Assembly (NCBI GenBank): GCA_039096225.1
Contig: JBBPEB010000017.1
Location: forward strand, 930,001-994,000
Reading direction: 5' to 3'
From: Blastocystis sp. Blastoise
Lineage: Eukaryota > Protista > Bigyra: Opalinata
Length of the DNA stretch: 64,000 bases
The translations under genes were made by a program, and so were the position numbers. The notes below the pieces were generated by a model. It saw only the letters and a program-made list of their open reading frames with translations. It was not told the origin of the DNA and ran no database searches. Position 1 is the stretch's first letter; the number at the start of each line of letters is the position of its first letter. This document shows, piece by piece, positions 1 to 11,062 of the stretch.

Positions 1-2
1 AT

Positions 3-3000
3 CTTCAGAATTGTCGATTTGTTGCTACTGTTGAAGAAGAAAACTTTACTAAAACTGCTCTTCGTAATTATTTTATTTATTTACCTTGTTCTGATTATAA
101 TTTATCCGAAAAGATGAAGATTATTCCGTGGATCTCTCAAGTTGATTCTATATTTGCAAAAGAATCTTTAATATTCTTAAAGAAAATTGATGCTCTTGCT
201 CCATTCTTTAAGAATTCTTATCAAGATGCTTATTTCTATTTAAAGTATATTTCAGGGACAAAAGAAGAACGTATTCAATTAATGAAATCATGTCAATATA
301 GTGATTCTATTAAAAAATTATTTACTTATTCAGAAACTATTGATTCTTATAATCTACCAAGTGAATATTTAAAAGAAGTCTTTATAGATGGTTCTGGTCT
401 TGATATTAATAGAATTCGTAAAATAGAAGAACTTCCTGGTTTTCAGCCATTAACAGAATCTCTTACTACTTTACATATATTAATATCTATTTTATTAACA
501 AAGAATACAGGAGATCCTAAACCGAATAGATCAGATATTGATTATTATCCTATTATATTAGAAGGAGCACCAGGTATTGGTAAATCCGATTTAGCTATTC
601 GTATATTTGAAGGATTACAAATTCCTTATATTCGTCAAAATTTTGCTCAAAGTATAGATATTGGAAATGTATTTGGTTCTGTATCTCCTACTTCTAATGG
701 TGGTATTCAATTTAAAGATAGTGAATTAAGTTTCTTATTAAAAGGTAAAGATAAGTATAGAGTTATGGATGATAAAGGTAGTTATATTTTTGATCCTAAT
801 GATTCAAATGTTATTGATAAATATAAGAATAATGATAAGAAATATGCATTATATAAAGGTGAATATACAATAGGATTATTATTAGATGAATTAAATCTTG
901 CTTCTCCTGAATTATTAGATACTATATCTACTTTAATTACACAAGCTAGTAAAAGAGGTAGCTTTTATATCCCAGGTAATATAACAATCAAGAGATTACC
1001 ACGATTATTGATAGTTATTTGTGAGAATCCTGCTGTTATGTCGAATAGTCGTGGTGTTTTACCTAAATCTATAATTGATAAGAGTTTTTATTTCCGTAAT
1101 ATAGAATTTGAAGTATTTGAATTGACAAGACTAAGTGGTATTATTCTTAATGAATGTGTTTTAAGTGATAAAAGATCTGATAATTCTTTTAGTGGTACAG
1201 AATTCTATAAGAAGAATTTAAAAACACGTATAAAGGCACTGATTGCTAATGCTATTTATAGTAGTTCTCAGACACGTGTCAATTTCTCATTACGTGATGT
1301 TTTAAAAGGAAAATACTTAATAGATCAATCTAGGCACATGAATTATTCTATTCCTGTAGAAGCTGCTTTATGGCTTACGATTGTATGTAAATATTTACCT
1401 GAAGATCGTGAATCTCTAGAGAAATCCCTTGGTTTAAATTTATCAGATATTATTCAGCATTCTTATTATGCAGATTCATATACTAATAAAAGTTATTTAC
1501 AATTACAAAGTACATTTGTGACTTCTATTGAATGTATTGATAGATCTCCATCTCTTTTATCTTTAACAAATTCAGAAATGAGATTATTATATCAATTATC
1601 TATTGCTTATTCTAGTAAACGAGGTATATTAATTTATGGTCCATCTCCTTCAGGAAAAACACATGTACTTACAAATATGGCTAAAATAATGGGTAAACAA
1701 TTACTTGTTGTTCCTCTTAATAATGAAAGTAATTCATCAGTTCTTATTGGTAGAATGGAACCTCGTAACCCAGAAGAAGATATTAATAATATAAATAATA
1801 ATAATAAGAATAGTATTTTAGTCTTCCGAAAAGGACCTTTATTAACAGCTATGGAAAAAGGTTATTGGATTAATATTGATGGTATTCAATTAGCTTCAGG
1901 AGATGTTTTAGAACGTTTGAATTCACTTTTAGAAGAACAACCTACATTAAATGTTATTGAAAATACTACTTGCCCACTATTATATAAAGATCAATCGAAT
2001 CATGAAATTTCTTCAACTCAATATTCTCCATTAAATTCTTCTTCTTTTTATAATGGATTGAATAATTCTGTGAATTCTGATAGTAATAAAGGTCGTGTTA
2101 TACCTATACATCCTGATTTCCGTATTATATTAACCTTATCATCAAATTCTATTGTATCTGTACCTGCACCTCTTCAAAGTAGATGTATATTATTATATGC
2201 AGAATCATTATCTACATATAAAAATATATGTGAATTATGTGATTTAAAAAATAATTTTAATAAACCAATTGGTAATTATATTCCTAAAAGTATAGATAAT
2301 AATAATAATAGTGAAATAAAAGGATTATCAACAAGAAAATTAATTCGTATATTAAATTCAGATGAAACTATTGAAGCTATTAACGCAATTGAATTTTCAA
2401 ATTCTTTACAATATAATCCAAGAGATAGACAACTTAAGAATATAGAAATGGATAATGAATTTAAAAATGATTTTATTAATATGATTCAAAATAGATATAC
2501 TCCTGAGAATGAAAAGAAATTTGGTCCATTGATTGTAGAATGTCTTAAACAAAATATTCAAATCTTTTCAAATGAAGATATACAAATAATAAAGAATTCT
2601 TTACGATTATGGATACGTAGTATATTATGTTATCCACTTAATTATATATGTGAACGTTTATCTGCAAAACGTGGTTTGACTTCTTGTATATTATCTGAAG
2701 ATCAAAAAGAATATAAATATTTATTAAGGTGGTCAAAATTTAGTGATAAATATTATGAGCCAATTATGTCGATACATATTGATGAAAGAATAAATAAATA
2801 TTTTTCTTCTTCTAATCCATTTGATTATTTTAGAATATCTAATGAGATGGATCGTTTTTATTTTGCTTATGTTACTGGTAAATATGATAGTTTTCTTTCT
2901 ACAATATCTTTTCAAGAATTTCATAATGTTTTAGAGATTTTAAATTCAAAGCTTGAAGAAGTTGCTGATGAGAATATAGATTTATTTTTAAAAGAATTAT

Positions 3001-6000
3001 TTGATATAAAGAAGAAATGTGAAGAATTAGATGGTTATTATCAAGATGTTACTAAAGATAATTCAAAAGCAAAAGAATTATATACACTTTCGCATGAAGC
3101 TTCTAATTCTCTTACAATTCAACAAAAGAAGATTACACAATACATGCCTTTATTTGAAGTATTAGATAGAGAAATAAAAAGTAGTCAAAGTAAATGTGAA
3201 GAGATTCGTAGTATAAGAGAATCAAATATGGATACAGGTGATTCTTTACTTGATGATGTTATTAATAGTGTACCAAAAAGTATGCAAGAATCAATTAAAC
3301 AATCTATTTCAAAAGATGATCCTGATTTAGAAAAGAAAAGAGATTTATTAATGAATACTGAGAAATCAATAGATATACCTGTAGACTATAAGAGAATTAC
3401 AATGAATTATTATAAGGAATATATACGATTAAGTCATTTTATGGTAGCTATGAATAGAGCAAAATTGAATCCTGTTCCTATTCTTATGAATACACCTGAA
3501 ATATTACCTTATATAAATATGAAGATTGAAGATATTGCTAAGAATATATTATTTATTACTGATTGCATTAAAGATATTAAAATAATTATTAATTTCTTTA
3601 TGAATATATATTGTGGTTTAGCACAATATATTATTTTATCTCCACAATTATTAGAAATAATTTGTGTAAAGGATTTATATATTCATAAAGAAGTCAAGGT
3701 TGAACAATTACGTATTGCATTATTGAATTGTTGCCATTATGGTTTATATGGTATTATGAATACAGAAATATCAGATATATCAACAATTGAAGAACTATTT
3801 AAAACATTATTTAGTACAATGAGTATACCCATTCAACTTTATGATTATTATCCTGTTCTTATATTATCTTATCCTTGTGAATTATTAAGTTGTATTGAAC
3901 CTCCTAATGAACAATTATTGAATTGTTATTATGTTAATTCTATTAAATCATTACCAAAAGATTATAGTATTCAATGTGAATTAGATATAAATGATAAATG
4001 TACTATTAATAATATTAATTATATTCGATTCTTGCATCATCATCATAATATGATAATTCCATCAAATGATTTACGTATTTATTATGGAATATTAAAGAAT
4101 ATGAGTAATCAAGAGATAGAACCGTTTGATCAATATATTATTGATTCTACATTAAATATTCGTGATAAATATCAATTATTATTCCCTGCATTCTATACAC
4201 CTGTGTCTACATTATTAATTGAAATTCTTGTTCGTAGTTCCTATTCAGATTTTGCTAAAGATGCTATTGAAAGTATGTCTAATTCAGGAAAAACTTCAAT
4301 TAATGATATATTTAATAAAATAGAAGAATTAGAACAAAAAACTGGCAAATTAGATACTTTATATGATGATAATAATAAAATAAATGAAAAATTACAAAAT
4401 ATGAATGTTGAATGTGCTGATTTGAAATCTCAATATGATCAAAATGTAAATCAATTTGATAGTAATATTCCTTTAGTTTTAATAGATATTAATAAGAAAT
4501 ATGATATTAATAAAGAATTTATTTTGAAGAAACAGAGTATACGATCATGGTATGTAACACAATTATATCATTATAGTTGGAATGCATTTATTAATTCTAT
4601 TAATACTATACGTTATTTCATACCAAAAGAATTACAAGAAAAAGCTCAAGAATTAATTGATAGTCGTTCATCTCGTTATTTCTTAAAGGAAAAGCCTATT
4701 TCTAATCAATTTATTAAAGTAGCTTTTATTACATATCCTTCTACTTGTAGAGATATTCCTATTGAGTTTCAATTAGTTAATAATCAAGGAGAACCTGCAC
4801 CAATTACTTTTAAATATCATTCGCTTAAAATTGAATCAAAACCATCATCAAAGAAGACTATGTATTCTTCATTTATTCCTCTTCCTTTTTCTACGTATGA
4901 TGTTATTATTAATAGAACTAGAATTGAGAAATGTGTAACTATTCATTATCGTTATGTTAGTCTCCCTGATTTATTTAGACATGATTCTTTCGAAGATGAA
5001 CAATTATTATTATGTAATTATCTCTTAGATTCTTTATGTATTATAATGAAAGAAAAAAAGATATTATATAATATTTCTAGATCATTTAGAATTGAACAAT
5101 TTTCTGTTATTGAAAAAACATTATTGTATCGTGAACAATCTAATTCTGATTTTAGTAAACGAAAAGAAAATACTATTCTGCTTTATAAATATGATACAAC
5201 TAATGATATTAATGATCGTTATGCTATTTCTTTTGCTTCTTCTTGTTGTACATTGCCTTTTTACTTTAAATCTGATTGTAAATCTGTTGAAATACCTTGT
5301 TATTCAATGGATCCTGAACCTCAAGCTAATGATTATTCTTATTTGAATTCTGATGAAGGTAAGCATTATAATAAAGAAGATTTATATTATACAGATGCAG
5401 ATGAAATAAATGCATTAAAAATATATACTGTACCTAATTTAAATGATGATAGGTATGTAAAGAATCTTCGAGACATAAGTATTCGTATTAATAATATTGT
5501 AAAGGAATATGATGAGAAATATAAAACTAAGCTTGGAATGGAAAAAGAACTTAAAACAATAGAAGAAACTATTAATGCTACAAATAAACATTTATTAAGT
5601 TCTCGTGTATTTGTAGATCGATATAATATTGATGAAGGATCTGAGAACTACTTAAAATATACAAAGAATCCAAAATTTGAGAATTGTATTAATATATTAT
5701 CTTTAAGATCTATTCCTCAAATAATTGTAGCTAGTGAGAATAATAATAATGTTTTACGTTTACCTACTTATGTTTATTCATATAATAAGCCAACATTATT
5801 AATACCTATACTAAATCCTATGAAATATGAATATATATGTAAATGTGATGATGATTTAATTCTTATTGAAAATGTTTCTTCTGGAATAAAAATACAATTT
5901 TCTGATGAATATGATATAGATAAAAAAGATAAACTTGAGTTCACGTTAGTACTACGTGTTCAATATATAGATCAAGATAATAGAAGCAAACAACATAAAG

Positions 6001-9000
6001 ATACGGTTATTAAGTGTATTGCTCCAGTAGAACGTCAAATTTCATATTTATATACAAAAGAGAATTGTTCTTGTGAATGTTATAAAGATGGATCAAAGTT
6101 CTTTAATGTAGCTGGTTCAAGTATATCGTTTATTATGAATGGTAAACCATATTATTATCGTTCAGGAAATAAAGAGAATAGATATGTATTTAATACTAAA
6201 TATCTAATTCGTTATAATATGAATATAAATTGTCGATATAATGAGTTTTACATTGATTCTAATGGTATTATAAATATATTTGAAGAACCAAAAGCAGAAG
6301 ATAATAGAATAACCCAAAGTATTCAATTAGAATCTACTTGTAGTTCATTATTAAAGAATTTCAATGATAAGAATATTGCTCGATATGTATATGCTATTCA
6401 ACAATCTCCTTATTGTTTATTTGACTCTACTCATAGTGATGATATAAATAAGATATATACTTTATTAAAGTATATAGTAAGTCATAAAGATACTTATTTC
6501 TCAACTATTTATTATTATGCTGAAAAGAGTTTATGTGTATTTAATAATACATATAAATTAGTATGGTTTAATTGTAAAGATTCTATTTATCAAATGAATG
6601 AATCTTCTTCGATAGAGAATATTTTAAATAGATATACAAAAGAATTTAAATATGAAAAGAAGGTAACAGATTCTAAATCAGATTCACAACCAAAGTCTTC
6701 AAATCCTGTGATTAGTGGGGGTAATATTAATCCAAATGATATTGAAGATATCTTACATCAAGCTAAGAATATAGCATCAGCTGCTACACATGTGATCTCT
6801 ATAGATGCTGATTTAAATCCTGAAGAACAACAAAAACAAGAAGAAGATCGTAAACAATTTGAAATTAAAAGAAATGATATTAAAAAGATTTTACAAGAGT
6901 TTAGATCTATGTCTTTATCTAATTTATTTAAAGATGTAATGTCTCGAAAGAATATATTAGATTTAGTTAAAATAACATCATCAAATGAAGATCGTTTGAA
7001 ACAAATTAATATAGAAGCTATTAATAGAAATCAAAATCTAATAGATTTTATATTGGTTAATTATAAAGGTATATTATCATATTATGTGAATAGTATACGT
7101 AGGAGTGAAAAGAGAGAGAATAAATATATTCCTCGAGTGAACTTGATATTTGATGTGAATGTAAGTCATAAAGTGAACAAATCTAGATTAAGAAGTACAA
7201 TAGGTTGTTTATTATTACTTACTTGTGATTGTTTAGGTATACCAACTTCTCTATATTGTACAGGAGGTCGTTCACAAGCATTTAAATTAATACCAACAAA
7301 AGATAATTTATATGAAAAGATTTCTATTATTTATGATTTAGAAACAGTAGAAAAGATACCTTCAACACCATTAGATTTATTTGCTTTTGAACAGCCTTCT
7401 AAAGATCTTAAAACTCAATCATTCTTTATATTATCTGATGGTTATTCTGAACAATTATTAAGTGAACGACCAGAAATTACTAGTTTCTTTACAACAAATC
7501 TTCAGCATTTATTTTTATTCCATATACAATCTGATGGTTTAATACAAGATGAAAGTCTTCCTGAAGTACTTTTGAATGAAATGAATGATCAATTAAAGAA
7601 AAATTTTAAAGAGAATATGATGAATGTATCAAACATAGCTTCTTTATGTTCTCAACCTCTTGCTAACTCATTTAGAAATATGTTTTATTCATCTGAATTA
7701 CTTGAATCAAATGTAGATAAATTAGAAGTAGTATATCCAGGTAAAAATAGTGTAAAACCTAAAGTAATAGATATATTATCTATATTATCTATTCCTCTAG
7801 AAGATACAAAAGATAATACAATATCTCGTTTATCAGAACTTGATAAGCATAATGGTATACCTTATGTAGTTAGTTTATTCCAAAAAACAGGAGAAACTAT
7901 TATTCTTCCTTCTGTTGCTCAAACAGATTTAGAACATGTTCCTAATGGAGGAAATACATTAATATTGAATCAAATGAGTAGTATTATTAGTAAGGAATTA
8001 CTATATGATTCTACGAATAATTGTGTTCTTCCTCCAAATAAAGCTACTTCTTGGATTGCTTCTGTTACAGGTACATCAATTCATTTAAGAAATTATATTA
8101 ATTTCTTAATTACTAAAACAGGTAATGGTAAATTATTTAAGAAGAAGTCAGGAGGTAAGATTCGTGCTTATTCTATTAGTATAATAATAGATTGTAAATG
8201 TTCTTCTTTTAATATATTGAATATTCGTCATTCAATTCATACTATATTATTATTTATAAGATGTTTAAGTGAATTATCTGTATCAGCTGTGGATATATGG
8301 ATAGCAAAAGATAAATGTTATTGTATTGGAACAGGTTTACAATCTTATGAAATTTGGACATATACAATTCTTTCTTCTTTATTTCAACATTTCTCTTCTC
8401 CTACTCCTTCTACATGTATAGATCAAGTAATAAAGCAAGCTACTTCTGTATGTAATAGTCGTCCTTATTCAAGTATGGAATTTGTATTTACTGATGGTAT
8501 TTCTTGTGAAATAGCTCGTAAAGAAATTAAGAATGTAATTATAAGTAGTGAAACTTCTTTTATAGGAATAGGTATTGGATATAGTATAGTAGATTATGAG
8601 AATATTTTCCCTTCTTTTATATGGTGTAGTGATATACATAAACTTCCTACTGCTTTAGAGAATATGCATACACCTACTACTAATCCTAATACTATATGTA
8701 ATTATATGTGTGATACTATATATTATGAAAATTTATTAAAAAATAAATTCAATGATGTTTTCCATCCAGCAGATATAAAGAAGGTTATTGATGAATTTGG
8801 TGAATATCAACGACGTGCTAAGTTTTTAAATATGAATTCTAATAAGAAGAATAATAATGGTGATGGAGTAGATGATGATGAAAATGGTGATAATTCAAGT
8901 GATGATTTAGGTAGAGATGGTGCTTTTGATCAATTTAATGTATTATTTGTTGTTCTATATACTGCTAGACCTAATAATATAGATGAACAAGGAAATCAAG

Positions 9001-10622
9001 TTGATCCTGATGTTACTGTTGATAATTTAAAGAAAGGACCTGTAGCTAAATTAAAAGTTAAAGGATTTAGAGTAGATATAGTATATGATTATTTTGATGC
9101 TATGGATCGATTAAGATCAGGTAAATATAGAAGTGTAGTTATTACATGTAGTCCTGGTGATGGTGTTTTAGGAGATCCAGAACATCAAGGTGATTTTAAT
9201 TATTTGAATAGTTTTATAAAATGTTTACATGTATTCCATGCTCATCGTGGTGGTATTATGTTTATGTTAGAGAATTCTCCATTAGATTTTGAAGCTTGTA
9301 AATTCTTTAATTATGAAGATGGTCCTTATCATATAAGTGAGTTATGTGATACTGAAGAGAAGATCGATGGACGTGGTTGGATTTATGAGAAGAAGATAGA
9401 TGAAGTAGATGATGATAAAGATCCAGGTTATGGTCAATTTGTTCCTATTGGTGAAGATTTGTTTAATAAAGAATGTAGATTACCTATAAATTATGGTTTA
9501 AATAAAATATTTGAAGGTGTAACATTAGCAAATATTGATGAAGATGAATTAGTTAATTGTGGTTTTAAAACATTTGCAAGAGAACAAAATGGTCATGCTG
9601 CTGTAATGATAAAAGATGCATATCAGAATTATGGTAGAATCGTAATAGATACAGCAGCTAGTAAGTTATATAGTGATTGGTCAAGTGATGGTACAGCTCG
9701 TTGGATAAGTAATGCAGTTATTTGGTCACTTAATTTTGATGATTATTTGAATGAAACTAATGAATCTCATGCAGCTGATCTTAGTAATGAACAAATACCT
9801 GATTATTATAATAAAGTAGATATGTCTTCTTTTACAGATCAAGATATAAAGACAGAAGAATGTGAAGGAAGAGATATAAAATCACCTACAAATTTAGTTG
9901 TATCTATTGTTATATGTACATCTGGTAATCAACATCAGTATTATGATAGTACAAAACAATTTTTTGGTAATGTATTAAAGAAATTAGATAAAAGACGTAA
10001 TGAAATTTTGGGAAAGAATAATGCTTCTATTCGTTATCAATTTGTTCAATATAGTAATTATGATGATCAATTATCAATTCTTTCAAGTGGAATGAGTAAA
10101 CCAAATGATTTCTCTGATGACTTTTTAAATAGTAAAAAGCGAACTGGTGCTGGTTTTTGTAGAGGTTGTTGTTCAAATTGTAAAGATTTGAATGGTGGTT
10201 TATTGGAAGCATTAAAAGAAATTGAAAAATTACCTGGTTGTACTCATATATTATTATTATGTGGTCGAGATCCTATGCATAATTTATTAAAAGATTGTAG
10301 ATTAGTATATCCATTTAAAGGAATTGATTTAGATAGACAATATCATAAAATATGTGATGTTATTGTTAAACGTAATGTTAAAGTACATTTTATGCCTGTA
10401 TTATCTAAAGATATATTATTAAGTGCTAATAAATTAAGAGACGTAATTGATAATAATGTTTTTGATGGTAGAAGAGTTGAAGGTAATAATTATATATTTG
10501 ATGAAAACTTTTTAGTAGATTCTCAAAGTAATGGTACTAGTAGTGCTACTCGACAAAAAATGGAAGATATGTTTGATGATATTCTTATTAATGAGTATAC
10601 TCAAGTATTGAAATCAATGTAA
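3..10622 (+). CDS. Giant midasin/dynein-related AAA+ ATPase with C-terminal vWA-like domains (5'-truncated by window edge)
   Basis: The frame is open from base 3 (LQNCRFVATVEEENFTKTALRNYF, resembling the end of an AAA module), so the true start lies upstream. Walker A/B pairs are GAPGIGKS/LLLDELN and GPSPSGKT/INIDGIQ. Midasin-like motifs: 'GPLLTAMEKGYWI', 'LERLNSLLE', 'HPDFRIILT'. vWA-like segments: RVNLIFDVNVS..ILSDG, YSISIIIDCKCS..VFTDG, VVSIVICTSG. No intron in 10.6 kb. Confidence 0.85.
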   Translation, partial: LQNCRFVATVEEENFTKTALRNYFIYLPCSDYNLSEKMKIIPWISQVDSIFAKESLIFLKKIDALAPFFKNSYQDAYFYLKYISGTKEERIQLMKSCQYSDSIKKLFTYSETIDSYNLPSEYLKEVFIDGSGLDINRIRKIEELPGFQPLTESLTTLHILISILLTKNTGDPKPNRSDIDYYPIILEGAPGIGKSDLAIRIFEGLQIPYIRQNFAQSIDIGNVFGSVSPTSNGGIQFKDSELSFLLKGKDKYRVMDDKGSYIFDPNDSNVIDKYKNNDKKYALYKGEYTIGLLLDELNLASPELLDTISTLITQASKRGSFYIPGNITIKRLPRLLIVICENPAVMSNSRGVLPKSIIDKSFYFRNIEFEVFELTRLSGIILNECVLSDKRSDNSFSGTEFYKKNLKTRIKALIANAIYSSSQTRVNFSLRDVLKGKYLIDQSRHMNYSIPVEAALWLTIVCKYLPEDRESLEKSLGLNLSDIIQHSYYADSYTNKSYLQLQSTFVTSIECIDRSPSLLSLTNSEMRLLYQLSIAYSSKRGILIYGPSPSGKTHVLTNMAKIMGKQLLVVPLNNESNSSVLIGRMEPRNPEEDINNINNNNKNSILVFRKGPLLTAMEKGYWINIDGIQLASGDVLERLNSLLEEQPTLNVIENTTCPLLYKDQSNHEISSTQYSPLNSSSFYNGLNNSVNSDSNKGRVIPIHPDFRIILTLSSNSIVSVPAPLQSRCILLYAESLSTYKNICELCDLKNNFNKPIGNYIPKSIDNNNNSEIKGLSTRKLIRILNSDETIEAINAIEFSNSLQYNPRDRQLKNIEMDNEFKNDFINMIQNRYTPENEKKFGPLIVECLKQNIQIFSNEDIQIIKNSLRLWIRSILCYPLNYICERLSAKRGLTSCILSEDQKEYKYLLRWSKFSDKYYEPIMSIHIDERINKYFSSSNPFDYFRISNEMDRFYFAYVTGKYDSFLSTISFQEFHNVLEILNSKLEEVADENIDLFLKELFDIKKKCEELDGYYQDVTKDNSKAKELYTLSHEASNSLTIQQKKITQYMPLFEVLDREIKSSQSKCEEIRSIRESNMDTGDSLLDDVINSVPKSMQESIKQSISKDDPDLEKKRDLLMNTEKSIDIPVDYKRITMNYYKEYIRLSHFMVAMNRAKLNPVPILMNTPEILPYINMKIEDIAKNILFITDCIKDIKIIINFFMNIYCGLAQYIILSPQLLEIICVKDLYIHKEVKVEQLRIALLNCCHYGLYGIMNTEISDISTIEELFKTLFSTMSIPIQLYDYYPVLILSYPCELLSCIEPPNEQLLNCYYVNSIKSLPKDYSIQCELDINDKCTINNINYIRFLHHHHNMIIPSNDLRIYYGILKNMSNQEIEPFDQYIIDSTLNIRDKYQLLFPAFYTPVSTLLIEILVRSSYSDFAKDAIESMSNSGKTSINDIFNKIEELEQKTGKLDTLYDDNNKINEKLQNMNVECADLKSQYDQNVNQFDSNIPLVLIDINKKYDINKEFILKKQSIRSWYVTQLYHYSWNAFINSINTIRYFIPKELQEKAQELIDSRSSRYFLKEKPISNQFIKVAFITYPSTCRDIPIEFQLVNNQGEPAPITFKYHSLKIESKPSSKKTMYSSFIPLPFSTYDVIINRTRIEKCVTIHYRYVSLPDLFRHDSFEDEQLLLCNYLLDSLCIIMKEKKILYNISRSFRIEQFSVIEKTLLYREQSNSDFSKRKENTILLYKYDTTNDINDRYAISFASSCCTLPFYFKSDCKSVEIPCYSMDPEPQANDYSYLNSDEGKHYNKEDLYYTDADEINALKIYTVPNLNDDRYVKNLRDISIRINNIVKEYDEKYKTKLGMEKELKTIEETINATNKHLLSSRVFVDRYNIDEGSENYLKYTKNPKFENCINILSLRSIPQIIVASENNNNVLRLPTYVYSYNKPTLLIPILNPMKYEYICKCDDDLILIENVSSGIKIQFSDEYDIDKKDKLEFTLVLRVQYIDQDNRSKQHKDTVIKCIAPVERQISYLYTKENCSCECYKDGSKFFNVAGSSISFIMNGKPYYYRSGNKENRYVFNTKYLIRYNMNINCRYNEFYIDSNGIINIFEEPKAEDNRITQSIQLESTCSSLLKNFNDKNIARYVYAIQQSPYCLFDSTHSDDINKIYTLLKYIVSHKDTYFSTIYYYAEKSLCVFNNTYKLVWFNCKDSIYQMNESSSIENILNRYTKEFKYEKKVTDSKSDSQPKSSNPVISGGNINPNDIEDILHQAKNIASAATHVISIDADLNPEEQQKQEEDRKQFEIKRNDIKKILQEFRSMSLSNLFKDVMSRKNILDLVKITSSNEDRLKQINIEAINRNQNLIDFILVNYKGILSYYVNSIRRSEKRENKYIPRVNLIFDVNVSHKVNKSRLRSTIGCLLLLTCDCLGIPTSLYCTGGRSQAFKLIPTKDNLYEKISIIYDLETVEKIPSTPLDLFAFEQPSKDLKTQSFFILSDGYSEQLLSERPEITSFFTTNLQHLFLFHIQSDGLIQDESLPEVLLNEMNDQLKKNFKENMMNVSNIASLCSQPLANSFRNMFYSSELLESNVDKLEVVYPGKNSVKPKVIDILSILSIPLEDTKDNTISRLSELDKHNGIPYVVSLFQKTGETIILPSVAQTDLEHVPNGGNTLILNQMSSIISKELLYDSTNNCVLPPNKATSWIASVTGTSIHLRNYINFLITKTGNGKLFKKKSGGKIRAYSISIIIDCKCSSFNILNIRHSIHTILLFIRCLSELSVSAVDIWIAKDKCYCIGTGLQSYEIWTYTILSSLFQHFSSPTPSTCIDQVIKQATSVCNSRPYSSMEFVFTDGISCEIARKEIKNVIISSETSFIGIGIGYSIVDYENIFPSFIWCSDIHKLPTALENMHTPTTNPNTICNYMCDTIYYENLLKNKFNDVFHPADIKKVIDEFGEYQRRAKFLNMNSNKKNNNGDGVDDDENGDNSSDDLGRDGAFDQFNVLFVVLYTARPNNIDEQGNQVDPDVTVDNLKKGPVAKLKVKGFRVDIVYDYFDAMDRLRSGKYRSVVITCSPGDGVLGDPEHQGDFNYLNSFIKCLHVFHAHRGGIMFMLENSPLDFEACKFFNYEDGPYHISELCDTEEKIDGRGWIYEKKIDEVDDDKDPGYGQFVPIGEDLFNKECRLPINYGLNKIFEGVTLANIDEDELVNCGFKTFAREQNGHAAVMIKDAYQNYGRIVIDTAASKLYSDWSSDGTARWISNAVIWSLNFDDYLNETNESHAADLSNEQIPDYYNKVDMSSFTDQDIKTEECEGRDIKSPTNLVVSIVICTSGNQHQYYDSTKQFFGNVLKKLDKRRNEILGKNNASIRYQFVQYSNYDDQLSILSSGMSKPNDFSDDFLNSKKRTGAGFCRGCCSNCKDLNGGLLEALKEIEKLPGCTHILLLCGRDPMHNLLKDCRLVYPFKGIDLDRQYHKICDVIVKRNVKVHFMPVLSKDILLSANKLRDVIDNNVFDGRRVEGNNYIFDENFLVDSQSNGTSSATRQKMEDMFDDILINEYTQVLKSM

Positions 10623-10869
10623 TTTTTATTTTTATTTATTTTTATTTATTTTATTTTATTTGATTTATTTATTATATCTATATATATATTTGTTTGTTTA
10701 AAAACAACTTATTTTTTTAATATTGTTATATGTGTATTTATTTTTTTTTGAAAAAAATTTTATTAAATTATTAATATATACATTAGCGTATTTTGTTTTC
10801 AGATTATCAATCATTGATTAGAAAGAATGTAAAAATGTAAACTTATGAAAATATAAATTATAAAAAATA

Positions 10870-11062
10870 CAGTGCCTTCCCGACTTTTTGTGACACTTGC
10901 GGTGACTTTTTTTGACAGTCACATAAAGTCGCTTTAAGTCAGGCTTAATATGACTTAATATAATAATAAATATTTTTACACTGTCAAAAATTAACAAAAG
11001 TGTCACATTTTTCTGTGACAATTGCGGCACCGCAAAAAAAAAGGGCCTTTTGGAAGTCACTG
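10870..11062. mobile_element. hAT-type MITE, 193 bp
   Basis: TIRs CAGTGCCTTCC / GGAAGTCACTG (11 bp, 1 mismatch). The 8-bp direct repeat AAAAAATA flanks both ends (10862-10869, 11063-11070). Several internal GTGAC/GTCAC/TGACA motifs. GC is higher than the flanks. Confidence 0.75.

Noticed and set aside
114-10622. Assigning gene symbol MDN1
   Set aside because: The C-terminal architecture differs from canonical midasin and the N-terminus is outside the window.
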